Shown in pieces: positions 38,400 through 50,540 of a stretch of 64,000 bases of DNA. A model generated the notes under the pieces. It was not told where the DNA came from. It did not search any database and was given only the letters and a program-made list of their open reading frames with translations. Origin of the DNA: Isurus oxyrinchus (lineage: Eukaryota). The number at the start of each line of letters is the position of its first letter. Position 1 is the stretch's first letter. The stretch is from positions 2,914,001-2,978,000 of the forward strand of contig JANJGN010000038.1 of assembly GCA_026770705.1 (NCBI GenBank), given 5' to 3'. The translations under genes and the position numbers were made by a program.

Positions 38400-39290
38400 T
38401 TTTTCATTCATAAGATGTGGGCATCGCTCTGTAGGGCAGCATTTATTGCCCATCAGCAATTGCCCTTGAGAAGGTGTTGGTGAGCTGTTTTCTTGAACCG
38501 GTGCAGTCCATATTGTGCATGTAACACCACCGTGCTGTTAGGGATGAAGGGGTCCGGCGGGGAGGGGGGGGGGGTGCGGGGGGAGTTGGAGGGGGTGGGG
38601 TGTTGGGGGGGGGGTGGTGTGGGGTGCAGTTCCAATATTTTAACCCATTGACTGTGAAGGAACGGCGATATATTTCCAAGTCAGAATGATGAGTGACTTG
38701 GCGGGGAAGTCCCAGGTGATTGTGTTCCCATGTGTCTGCTGCCCTTGCCCTTCATGATGGTAATGGTAATGGCTTTGGAATGTACTGTTGAAGAAGCTTT
38801 GGTGAGTTCCTGCAGTGCATCTTCTGGGTAGCACACCCTGCTGCTATTGTGCGTCGTTGCTGGAGGGAGTGGATGTTTTTGGATCGTTCACCAATGAAGT
38901 GGGCTGCTTCGTTCTGCATGGAGTCAAGCCTCTTTTGTCGAAGCTGAACTCTTCCAGGCAAGGGGGGAACATTCCATTACTCTCCTGGCCTGTGTCTTGT
39001 AGGTGGTGTAAGGGCTTTCGGAGTCAGGAAGGCGAGTTATTCACGCAGGGTTCCTAGCCTCCGTTCCACCCGTGTATTAATATGGCTGCTCCAGTTCAGT
39101 TGCTGGTCAATGGTAACCCCCAGAATGTTGATAGTGGGGAATTCAGCGATGGCAATGCCAATAAATGCCACATAACGATGGTTAGGTTCTCTCTTGTTGT
39201 AGATGAACATTATCAGACACTTGTGTGGCACAATTACAATGGGCCATTTATCAGCCCAAGCCCGGATATTTTCCAGGGCTTGCAGCATTT
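38400..39290 (-). mobile_element. Non-LTR retrotransposon (CR1/L2-like family) 3' part
   Basis: ENIRAWADKWPIVIVPHKC...TINILGVTIDQQLNWSSHIN. The same family occurs at about 17730-18080, 29950-30095, 45020-45205, 47150-48530 and 52440-52965. Confidence 0.8.
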
Positions 39291-39559
39291 CGACACGGAT
39301 GCTAAATCGCCCGTTTATATTTCATGTGTTTCAATAGTTGTGAGTTCGAGGTAAGTAGTATTCGGGCTGTTAGTGCTGTTTTGGCAGAGACATACATGCC
39401 CAATCCTCAGTGCCTTGCAAGATGCTGAGCAGGGCCAGGAGCTGCCACACTCTTTTCCATAGCTTCACAGGCAATGATTCAGTTTGGAGCGCTCTCTCCT
39501 CTCGATCACAAGGTGTCCCTTTCATATCCTAATCCACGTCTTGAGCACAGGTCTTGATG

Positions 39560-39930
39560 GTGAGATGGTGACATATTGTTTATTTCACTGGACCAGTAAC
39601 TCAGACGCCCAAGCCAATGTTCTTGATATATGGGTTGAAATCTCACCCTGGAACTAGTGGAATTTAAATTCGATTAATACAACCAGGAATTGAAAGCTAG
39701 ACTCAGGAATGGTGACCATGACAACTATCATCGATTGTCATGAAGACACATTTGGTTCACGAAGGTCCATCAGGAAAGAAAACCCGGCATTTTTCCCCGC
39801 CTGATCTACATGTGACTCAAGAGCTACAGCAATGGCTTAGCAAGCACGCAGTTCAAGGGAAGTGAGGGGCGGGTAGCAATTGATTGCCTTTCCGGCAGCA
39901 CCCATATCCCGTGAAATAATAACAAAACCA
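39560..39930 (+). mobile_element. tRNA-like SINE whose 3' end matches the LINE family above
   Basis: Homologous to 36745-37030 and, inverted, to 42795-43060; shares the gttcaaggg.aa.t.aggg..gggta..aa 3' end. Confidence 0.6.
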
Positions 39931-39939
39931 AACATAACG

Positions 39940-40320
39940 CTTGGCACTCCATTGGAGTGCTGAGCAAAGGATGTACTGTCCGAGGTGCCATATTAAGGAT
40001 GAAATATTAAATGAAGACCGCCTCGTGTGCCATCCCGGGAGAAGTTAAAAGATCGCATGGCACTATTTTAAAGAAGATGAGGTAAGGTATCCCCGCTGTC
40101 CTGGCCCACTTTTATCCCTCAATAAACGTGACAAAGTCAGGTTACACAGTCATTATTAAACTGCTGGGGTTTTTTTTTGGCATATGCAATGTGCAAATTG
40201 GCTGTCACATTTCCAACATTACAACATCCATAGCACTACAAAAGTGCGTCATTGCCTGCAGAGAGCTTTGAGGGGTCCGGTGGCCATGCAAAGCGATATG
40301 CCAATGCAAGCATATATTTC
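39940..40320 (+). mobile_element. Deu-domain SINE (AmnSINE1/SacSINE1-like)
   Basis: actgtccgaggtgcc...aaaagatcgcatggcactattttaaagaaga...tgtcctggcc...tttatccctcaa resembles the Deu core as I recall it. A second copy lies at about 50100-50540. Confidence 0.7.
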
Positions 40321-43199
40321 TGTTTTCTTTTTGTTTCCCAGCCCCCCGGAACATATAAATATGCCATCAGCCCAAGACAATGTGGCCCGTGGGGCATACA
40401 TCTTGCGGTATCACTGCCGCACTCTGTTCCAACCCCTCATACCCCACTTCCCACCAATTATTGCGAATCTGCTTTCGACTCATCACTGAACGCCTTTCTC
40501 TCCAACAATTGGAATCGTATAACTCTCCAGCAACACCACTGCCTCTAATTAACCGTGTTATGCATTCGTCAGGTTCACATTTCACCGTAAACTATTGTGC
40601 ACCTCGAATGAAATCATACTGAACGGCAGTATATTCCAGAAAAGTGTAGAGTTCTCTGTGATCTTCAGACTCTGGGCAGCAATGTCGGTGGTGCTGTCAG
40701 GAAGAAAGAATTAAATGTACGATCAGGATGAAGTTATTGCAGATGATGTAAACACTGTCGATAATATTCTAAGTGTTTTGTTCTCAGGGCGAACTGATGC
40801 CAGTATCACTGAATTTGCCACATGCACATGTTTTCAAGGAACCTCTTCAAGCGTATTTACTATCTCTCTTGAGTCAATGGTGTAGAATTACTATGGAATA
40901 ATCTGTTTTGTTCTATTAGGTGGGGAAGATTAACCTCCAACCTTCCACCATGGAGAATTGTAGATCCACATTGCATTAGTCCTCTGTTTAACAAATTATC
41001 ACAAAGACAAGCGGCACTACAGCACTCTGCTTGTGCTGCTCCCAGGTGACTGTTTCGATGAAAAGCCCAATGTCAGAAAGGGGTGTGTGTTCAATCAGGC
41101 GCTGAAGTTTTACCAGTTATAAGTTACAACCCTTATAAGGGAAAGGTATCTTCAGGAAATAATTAGATCTTCCCAAGAAAGACAACATTTCCATTCTGTC
41201 CATAACAGGCATAAGGAACGGAAGTAAGCGGGACTGCGATACTGGGGTGAGGGTTGGAGCCGCTGCTGAATCTGACTGACATTACAATTAGAGCCATGAA
41301 TGACGCATGCAAAGGTTACTCAATATTACAGGCAGGTGAGGGAGGCATGTGCCGATGGATTGGGAATGGCAAGCTTCAATTAAACACTCAGTTACACTGT
41401 AATAGAGAAGAATGCATTTCACGGTAGCAACCATGCAGGGCTTACAATTTGGTGGAGCCAACGTTCTGAAAAAAAGAGAGAACCGGCTGAAAAATAGTGT
41501 TTGGGCAAAGGATCATAGTATTTGGAGAAACATTATAACTGAAAAGTGACGGATTTGCACCTTCACAATGCACTGTCACAGCAATGCAACAACCTCATTA
41601 CAGAAGCTAACTAGCAGTGAACTCAGTTAACGCTTGAAAATGAGGACGCTATTAAATTGTAACAGAATCCGTGTTGTACATCTTATTAATATCGGGGAAG
41701 AAAAATTCGGATACAGCTAAGACAAAATATATGACACACATTTGAAAAGGTCAAGTAAATTATTCTGGAAAAGTGTAGTTCTGCACTGGTAAAATATTTA
41801 AAAGGAAAACATCTGTGACTAGTATCAGTCAGTTGGTCAATTGTCTGCAGTGATCTGAAAGGATGTTCCCTACTTAGTTTCTCCCCTATGGGTCTCCAGT
41901 AAAATGTATCCAACTGAATTTAGGTCCTATTGAATGGGTTCACAGCATTGTATCCCGCTTCCCTCGGCACCGCTTTTTGCTGGGTTACCGGGGATGGAGG
42001 CTAAATGTCGTCTTTCCAGCACATCAGTACTGCCTTTACGTTCTGGGCAGCTGGGCAGTGGATGTTACTTCCTGGCCCATCGACCGGTAAGTTGCTCAAA
42101 TCTGCTGCAGGTGCCCGTGAGATTTGGCCATGTTGTTCACACTAGGACAGCAACTGGTGATTTGAGGAAGTCGAGTTCAGTCAAACAGAGTGACCAATGT
42201 GATGGAGTGTTTGTGATATCCTGGGACAGGGACTGGTGAGGTGATACAGTGCGGTCTAGTCTGGGCTGGTGATGTGAAAAAAATCTGCTCCAGTCAAGGG
42301 CAGGGGCTGCTGAGGTAGAGAGTCTTAGCTGCTGCCTGGGACAGAGATCTTCCTGGTGGTTCAAGCCGGGGCAGGGACATTTGATGTGCGGCTGAGTGTT
42401 TCAGTATGCGAGAGACATTAGTGAGCCAAGGCGGTGTCATTTGTGTTATGAGGCTGGGAAAGTTGGGGTAGTATGCACTGCCTGAATCAGGGAACTAGTG
42501 AGTTGGGGCGGTCTGGAGCACGGGTTAGTGTGGTGGGGCAGCCTTACTCTGTCGGGAGAGGGACCTGTGAGGTCGGGCAGTGGATCAGTTTGGTACAGTA
42601 TTGGTGACGGTGCAGCAGTGTGGATTGGACTGTGGAAGTGGCGATATACATCTGGGGAAGGGAACATTGATGTGTGGTTCAGCCTATGAAAGGGAACAGT
42701 CTGCTGAAACCGTTTGGTTAACATGGCAGATAGGACCGGTGAGGCGGGGATCACACAGGCTTGGGGCACTTTGAGGTGGGCATTAATTTTTTGCTCGTGG
42801 GATGTGGGCGCTGCTAATTGTCCATGTTAAGTGGGCATTTTTAAGAGTCAACTACTTTTCTGTTCAGTGAGGGCAGCTCAATTCCTTCCCTCAAGGGCAT
42901 TAGTGAATAGAATAGGTGTTCATGACAATGCCACTGATTTCATGGCCATCTTTCGACTTCTGCTCCAAGGTTTTTATTGAATTTACTATCTGCTGTGGTG
43001 GGATTTGAAACCTAGATCTCTGGTTTACTAGACCAGTGAGAAAACCACGACGCCACTACTGTCTGGGGAAGGGCCGAGCGAAGTGGGGCAGTTTGGTTTC
43101 ATCTTGTACAGGACAGGCTGTGAGGCAGTTGTTGATCTGTCTGTGAGGTTCACTGTGAACATGACATTCCGTAGGCTGTGGTAATTTTCTGATGACTCC

Positions 43200-44377
43200 G
43201 TGAGGTGCAACATGTTCAGTGCCAGTTCCTGAGCTGCCACAGGGAGGAGGCAGTTTGCAGAATCTTTGTGAGGTGCAGTGTGTTCAGTGTTGGTCACTGT
43301 GCTGCCACAGGGAGGAGGCAGTTTGCGGGATCTTTGTGAGGTGCAGTGTGTTCAGTGTTGGTCACTGTGCTGCCACAGGGAGGAGGCAGTTTGCGGGATC
43401 TTTGTGAGGTGCAGTGTGTTCAGTGTTGATCACTGTGCTGCCGCAGGGAGGAGGCAGTTTGCGGGATCTTTGTGAGGTGCAGTGTGTTCAGTGTTGGTCA
43501 CTGTGCTGCCGCAGGGAGGAGGCAGTTTGCGGGAACTTTGTGAGGTGCACTGCGTTCAGTGTTGGTCACTGTGCTGCTGCAGGGAGGAGGCAGTTTGCGG
43601 GATCTTTGTGAGGTGCAGTGTGTTCAGTGTTGGTCACTGTGCTGCCACAGGGAGGAGGCAGTTTGCGGGAACTTTGTGAGGTGCACTGCGTTCAGTGTTG
43701 GTCACTGTGCTGCCGCAGGGAGGAGGCAGTTTGCGGGATTTTTGTGAGGTGCAGTGTGTTCAGTGTTGGTCACTGTGCTGCCGCAGGGAGGAGGCAGTTT
43801 GCGGGATCTTTGTGAGGTGCAGTGTGTTCAGTGTTGGTCACTGTGCTGCCGCAGGGAGGAGGCAGTTTGCAGAATCTTTGTGAGGTGCAGTGTGTTCAGT
43901 GTTGGTCACTGTGCTGCCACAGGGAGGAGGCAGTTTGCGGAATCTTTGTGAGGTGCAGTGTGTTCAGTGTTGATCACTGTGCTGCCACAGGGAGGAGGCA
44001 GTTTGCGGGATCTTTGTGAGGTGCAGTGTGTTCAGTGTTGGTCACTGTGCTGCCACAGGGGGGAGGCAGTTTGCGGGATCCTTGTGAGGTGCAGTGTGTT
44101 CAGTGTTGGTCACTGTGCTGCCGCAGGGAGGAGGCAGTTTGCGGGATCTTTGTGAGGTGCAGTGTGTTCAGTGTTGGTCACTGTGCTGCCGCAGGGAGGA
44201 GGCAGTTTGCGGGATCTTTGTGAGGTGCAGTGTGTTCAGTGTTGGTCACTGTGCTGCCACAGGGAGGAGGCAGTTTGCGGGATCTTTGTGAGGTGCAGTG
44301 TGTTCAGTGTTGGTCACTGTGCTGCCGCAGGGAGGAGGCAGTTTGCGGGATCTTTGTGAGGTGCAGTGTGTTCAGTG
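43200..44377. repeat. 68-bp GC-rich minisatellite, about 17.3 copies
   Basis: Unit GTGAGGTGCAGTGTGTTCAGTGTTGGTCACTGTGCTGCC(A/G)CAGGGAGGAGGCAGTTTGCGGGATCTTT. CACTGTG recurs every 68 bp from 43295 to 44315 (16 copies), with degenerate units at both ends. Confidence 0.97.
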
Positions 44378-46234
44378 CCTCCCCTGAGCTTCTTCAGGGA
44401 GTGGGAAGTTTATGATTACAGGGTGTGGCCCTCAGCGTTCACTGTCTGATCCTGCATTGCCCCAGGTTGGGGGCAGTTTGTGATGTCAGTGCGGGGTCAG
44501 TTTGTCCAGTGTTTGACGCTGAGTGACACAAGGGGAGTAGATAGTTTCGGATTTACAAATGGGCAAGTTTGTTCTCATGCTGAGCTTCACGGACTCATCC
44601 TGATCTCGCAAGCACTTACACGCATGTTAGAATTTAAAGCCGAGACACCTCCATCTGCTGGATGCCGGCAGTACTGGATGGCACATCTTTTCAGCCGGTA
44701 ATTAGCCACAGTAACCCCAATACCATGTCCAGTTACAAACATGAAAGTTAACTCCCAGTGGATTTACAGAGATACTCGAGTTATAATTGAGCTACTTAAA
44801 TAATTGCACTTTCTCTCTTACTTTATTTGATATATTTCCAGGGTATGAACTATTAAAATCAAACCCGGCTATTCAGTGTTTTAAACATCAACAGAAGCAT
44901 GTCACAACCGTTGGAATGGACACTGCTCAATCTTGGATGTGATTAGAAGCAGCAACAACTGCCAAATCTGTCTCCTGCAGCCCCTTTGTGAACACTAATG
45001 TATTTAAGACGGGTGAATGCCTGAGTGCCCCCCAAGTTGTTGATAGTGGAGTTTTCAGTGATGGTAATGCCATTGAACATCAAAAGGTGATGATTAGATT
45101 CTCGCTTGTTGCAGATGGTCATTTTCTGGCATTTGTGTGGCACGAATGTTACTTGCCTCTTGTCAGCCCAAGCCTGGATATTTCCAGGTCTTGCTGCATT
45201 TGGACATAATGTGGAACAGTTTTGTGAAGACACCTTGGGGTTACCGGCCACCTTAGAACCCGTCAATACACAATAGAAGGAATTTATCATCTATCCAGAG
45301 GTACTGCCTAAGACATCAAAGAAAGGGATTAAATAACATGATGGATACTAAAGGGTATGATTTCCACATTTGAATTTTTACTTTATATTGATCATTCTTT
45401 CATTTCTTATCCCACAGTAGCTTTTAGTACCCGTCCCATCGAGTCTCGAATCACATTGCTCCGAAATATAAACCAATATTTTATCTTTAACATTAATTTC
45501 TTCACTCCAGGTAGCACGACATATATTCTGTCTCCCAATTCTAACACAGCCATTCTTAAACAATGCAACTAATCAACTTTAGATCGTTTCAGTCTGGAGA
45601 GGACCTATGGCTCCTCTGAAGTTGCTCAATCTGACTGCATTGACTTCTACAATCATTGGTTCCGTTGCCCCTCCTCCACGAATGTGTTGATTCTGGTTGG
45701 GTTCATGTCCTTCCTCACGGGATCACCTGGCCCTCAGACTCAAAATTTGTCTTAATTCAGATCTACACTCTATCCGTTTCCTCCCGTCCCCTCCCTGAAT
45801 TTGCATATTCTTGTTGGCTTCATGCATTTGGTTAAGCCTTCAGTGTGGAGGGTAACGTGGCCTTCACAGAACGTTATAACTGCTAATTTCGTGAACATTT
45901 GAATTATCGAAATGGGAGAGGACGGGCTGGTTTTGCTTCCTCTTTTTTGTCTGTGGATGCTCAGACTTTTGCTTCATCTTCGATTTTGCGAAGTATTTAT
46001 AATTTTTTTTACTTACAGCCACTGGCTCCTTTCCCTCTCCTCCATCAAACTATTGTCTCTCACTGAATACAGTTCTGCATTCACTGGCCGGCGTCCCTTT
46101 CCCAGAGTTGCAATTTCTGGCTGGGCTCAGCGTTTTATTTTACATTTACATTTTTACCCTATCCCCCTCGTCTCCGAAAAGGCTTGTCTCCCATTCTGTC
46201 CACTCATTGTGGTCGCTCATAAGAACCTTCAAAC

Positions 46235-49200
46235 AGTTAGAAATATGAACTGCAATAGGCTATTTGGCCTTTTGAGCCAGGTCTGCCATTACGAAAGCTC
46301 TTGGCTGATATTTCATCTCTGGTCCAACGTCGTTCAGTACCTCATGTCCCGTAAACCCCGCAGCATCCAAATGTCTATCGACATCTGCCTTGATTAGATT
46401 CAACATTTGAGAATTCACATCTCTATGGGGCAGCGAATTCCAAAGAGTGTCAAACCCCATCCTCTCAGGACTAACAGGATCAACAGTTTCTTTGAGACTA
46501 TGCCCCATAGTTCTAAGTATTATTTTCTCCTTTCATGTGATGTGGCATCGATGGAAATGTCAGATTTTTTTCCCATGCCTAATTTTCACTGAAAAAGCGT
46601 AGGCTGAGTGCCCTTCTTCAACGTAAGATCATAAGAAATTAGAGTAGGCTTAGGCTGTTCAGCAGTCCGACCCCGCTCCTCTGTTCAATTTGTTCGTACT
46701 GATCTTCTACTTGAAAAAAGATTTTTCTGCATTATACCTGTGTCCTTAATGTTTTTTAATGTGTCGAAATCTATCGACCTCAGTCTTGCGCATAATCAGT
46801 GACTGCACACCACAGACCTCTCAGGCAAAGGCTTACAAAGAGTCACAGCCCTCCGGTTAAAGGAATCCCTCCTTATCTCATGCCTCATTGGCCGGCGGTC
46901 CATTCAGAGTCTGTGTTCCCTGGTGCTCGACAAACTGGCCAAGCGAAACATGCTGCCTGCATCTACTCTGTGAAGCCGTGTGAGAATTTTGCACCTTTGC
47001 ATGTGATCACCTGTCATTCTTCTGAACTCCAGAGAATAACGGCCTTGTCTATTTAATTTTTTCTCACTGGACAATCCCTCCATCCCGTGAAGTAGTTGAA
47101 TGAGTCTTCGTTGCACTCCCTCTGTGGCAATGATAAGACCCGCTGCAGTCAATATGGTGAACCTACACCCAAGGTGCTGTTGGGGAGGGAGCTGTCGGAT
47201 TTTGATCACGTGGCAGCTACTGGACGGTGATATTGGTCAAAGTCAGGAAGGTGTGTGGCTTTGAGGGCAATTTGCAAGTGATGCCATACCCATGCGTTTG
47301 CTTATCTTGCCCTTTTCATTCGGGGTCATCATAGGGTTGGAAGGTTTCGACGGAGCATGTAGAAGGAGGTGCAGTACATCTTGGAAATGATACACACTGC
47401 TGTACTTCTGAGTCGACCCTGGGAGGAGTGAATGCTTAAATTGCTGGATGTAGCACCAGTCAAGAAAGTTTCTTTACCCAGAATGATGTCAAGCTTCTTG
47501 AAAGTTGCTGCAGCCACAATCATCCAGGTAAATGTAGAACAATGCATCATAGTCTTGATTTGCTCTTTGTAGAAACTTGTCAGGCTTTGGAGAGTAAGGA
47601 ACTGAATTATTCGCTACAATGTTCTCAGTCCATGACCTGCTCTTGTAGCCAAAGTATTTATAAAGCTGGTGCAGTTGAGTTTCAGATCAATGGTAAACCC
47701 AGGGATATTAAACCTGATGTAATTCAGCTATGGGAATGACATTAATTGGCAAGGCTATATGGTAAGATTGTCCCTTTTTCGAGATCTTCATTGATTGGTT
47801 TCCAGCAGCCGTTCTGCTAGCTATTTCTAGCAATTGCTCCAAGCAGAGTGCTTGATTCCGATTGAATTATTGTTTTGCAACTGCTCCTTAATTCCACACT
47901 TTGTTCAGCTGCTCCGTGATGTCACTCATGTGTAAACTATTGCCTTGATGTGCAGGGCAGTGACAGGAACCTTCTCCCGTGAGTTCAACTTTTGTACATG
48001 TTGAAAACCAGATTGAGGGAAGGTCAGGAGTAGAGTGGAATCCAGGCAGAACTTCATTTGGCAGGTTATTGCAGTGTATGAGCTGCTTAATATCAGTGTC
48101 AATGATACCTGCCTTTAGGCGGCTGATGATCGAGCGCAGAATATTTGGGTCATTATTGACCGGATTGGGTTCACCCTGTTTCTTTTTGTGGACAAGGCAT
48201 ACCTGGGCGCTTTTCCACATTGCCGGTAGAAGCCTATGTTGCAGCTGCAACTGAAAATCTTGGCTTGGGGCGCAGCAAGTTGAGCAGGTTGCAATTTATC
48301 CTTTACAATCCATCATTTTTTTTTTTGCCGGAATGTTTTCAGGGCGTCAAAGCCTTTTCCGTATCCAGCGCCTTCAGTCATTTCTTGACATTGGATCAAA
48401 GTGGCATCTGTGATTATGGGGACCTCAGGAGGAGGCCTAAATGAATCATCCGGTTGGCACCTCTGGATGAAGATGCTTGCAAATAATTCAACCGTGTCTT
48501 TTTCCATGATGTGCTGGTCTCCCCCATCATCCCATAGTTTCTGAAGTGGGCTCGGCAGAATGAGCATTTGCAATTGCAACACAGCTTTTCAGAAAGGAAA
48601 GAGAGAGAAAACAGAGATAAACTGCCAGTTAGCCTGAATCAGCAGTTGGCCCAATGCTGGAATTGAAATACTGTACTTGTAAACTCATTGTCTGATCACG
48701 CAGGTAAAACATGAATTTATAAAAGAGCAATCATGTTCTATAATGTTATTGGAAATGTTTGAGTAAGTGTACATGCATACGAACATGCGAATTAGGAGCA
48801 GCCGTAAGCTATTCGGCCCTGGACCCTGCTGCACCATTCAATAAGTTCGTGGCTGATCTAGTTTTAACTTCAACTTCACATTCCAGGCTACACCTGGTAA
48901 TGTTTCACGCCGTTGCGTATCAAGAAAATATTTACCTCTACCTGAAAGGTATCCCAGGACGCTGCCTCAATCACCTTTTGAGGAAAAGAATTCGAAAGTC
49001 TGATAACCGCCTGGGAGAAAAATCAAGTTTTTCCTCATCTCTGTCCTAAATAGGCGACCCCTTATTTTGCAACAGTTATCTGAGATCTTGATTCCCCCAC
49101 AGAATTAACCATCCTTTCCACATCCTCCCTGCCAAGGCCCCTCAGAGTTTTATATGTTTCAGTCAAGTCACCACTTAACCTTTTAAACTACAGTGGACAG

Positions 49201-49830
49201 AAGCCTCGCCTCAGAAGGCAACCCACTCTTTCCTGTTAAGCATCTAGTAAACATTCTCTGAAAAAGTGCATTTATATTTTTCCTGACATAAGGAGACCAA
49301 TGTAACTAATAGGTAACTAAATGTGTAAACATTTAAGGCAATTTATCTGGATTTCCAAATGTGCTTTTTAAAGGTTCCATGCAAAATAATAACTGACTGT
49401 AAAAGGGTTCATTCGCTTAGTAGTAATATTTTAACATGAATGGAGGAGCGGTTACAGACAGCTAGAAAAGTGCTGCTTTAAGTGAAGACTTCCAGGTTGG
49501 CCACTTGTGACTTTTTGGCACCCGCAAGGACAGGTCCTGTGGCCTCAACTATGACTCTTCATTTTCATGGCTTAGACAGTGACATGGAATAATGTGATGA
49601 ATTTTTCAGAAGATAGAATATTTGGTGGAAATGCAGGTTGTGATGAGGATGTGGAGAGGCTGCAAAGAGATCCGGAGAGGTTGAGTCAGTGGGTACAAGT
49701 TGGCAAATGCGCAGATATGTGACTTTGATTGTAAGAATGGAAAACAGGAGTTTGTGAGTCTGCACTTGGAATACCGAGTTTGGTTTTATTCTCTGCATCT
49801 CAGGAAGGAACTACTTACACTGGAGTCAGT
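46235..49830. mobile_element. Mosaic of CR1 3' ends and a CR1/L2-like RT fragment
   Basis: LWNSLPHR; EKKLNRQGRYSLEFRRMTGD; MWKSAQVCLVHKKKQGEPNPVN RT N-terminal fragment; several CR1-type tails. Confidence 0.7.
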
Positions 49831-50099
49831 GCAGAGTTAGCTAGTAAAGCGAGCATTGGATCCGAGGTAACCTAGGATTGGGTAGCTGGTCTAAAATAAA
49901 TAAATAGTTGTATAGATACATACATGTAAAGTAAGACGTCCGTTATATTTTGCAATAGGCCAGTAATGTTGATTTGAAACAAACATATAATTTGGGATAT
50001 CAGTGCTGTGTTGGAAAGTGACATACCTTGTCAACCCTCTGCGCCCGCCAATATGTTGAGCAAATGCTGCATTTGGAACATTGTGTTCCAATCCGTTAG

Positions 50100-50540
50100 T
50101 ATTTACCGTGACTCAGCTGACAGCACTCTCACCTTTGGGGCAAACTACACACTCTAGGGTATGAACACAAGTGCCATGTGTGTCACTCCACTGGAGAACT
50201 AAGGAAGCACTGTGCTATCGGAGGTACGTTCATTCTGATAAGATGCCTAAGCAATAATTATGGCCCATGGTCGCTGAAGGGAAGAGATGCCCTAACGCCA
50301 TTTTGAAGAAGGGCAAGAGAGTTATTCTGGTGACCTTGCCAAAACTTATCACCCTATCAACATCACAAAATCAAATTACCAGGTCATGATCTCAATGTTG
50401 TTTGTGAGAGTTTACAGTGTGGAATTCCCCAGTAACCTGGTATATTTCAACAGTGATCACATTTCCAAACTGCGTTATTGGTGCAAACAATTTTTAGGCG
50501 CCCTACGGTTGTGAATTGTGGAATATTTATGTGTATATAA
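50100..50540 (+). mobile_element. Deu-domain SINE, second copy
   Basis: gtgctatcggaggtacg...gaagagatgccctaacgccattttgaagaagggcaagagagttattctggtgaccttgccaaaacttatc. Confidence 0.65.

Noticed and set aside
43200-44377. CRISPR array or class-switch region
   Set aside because: There are no unique spacers and the DNA is eukaryotic. The unit has no AGCT and the array lies upstream of V, not before a C exon.
43219-44415. Many Cys-rich 62-65 aa ORFs (CEVQCVQCWSLCC...)
   Set aside because: Artefacts of translating the 68-bp repeat; the unit is not a multiple of 3 and contains stops. Not a metallothionein or keratin-associated gene.
45912-46397. 161-aa hydrophobic ORF
   Set aside because: No recognisable domain, pyrimidine-rich low-complexity start, and it runs into an antisense CR1 tail.
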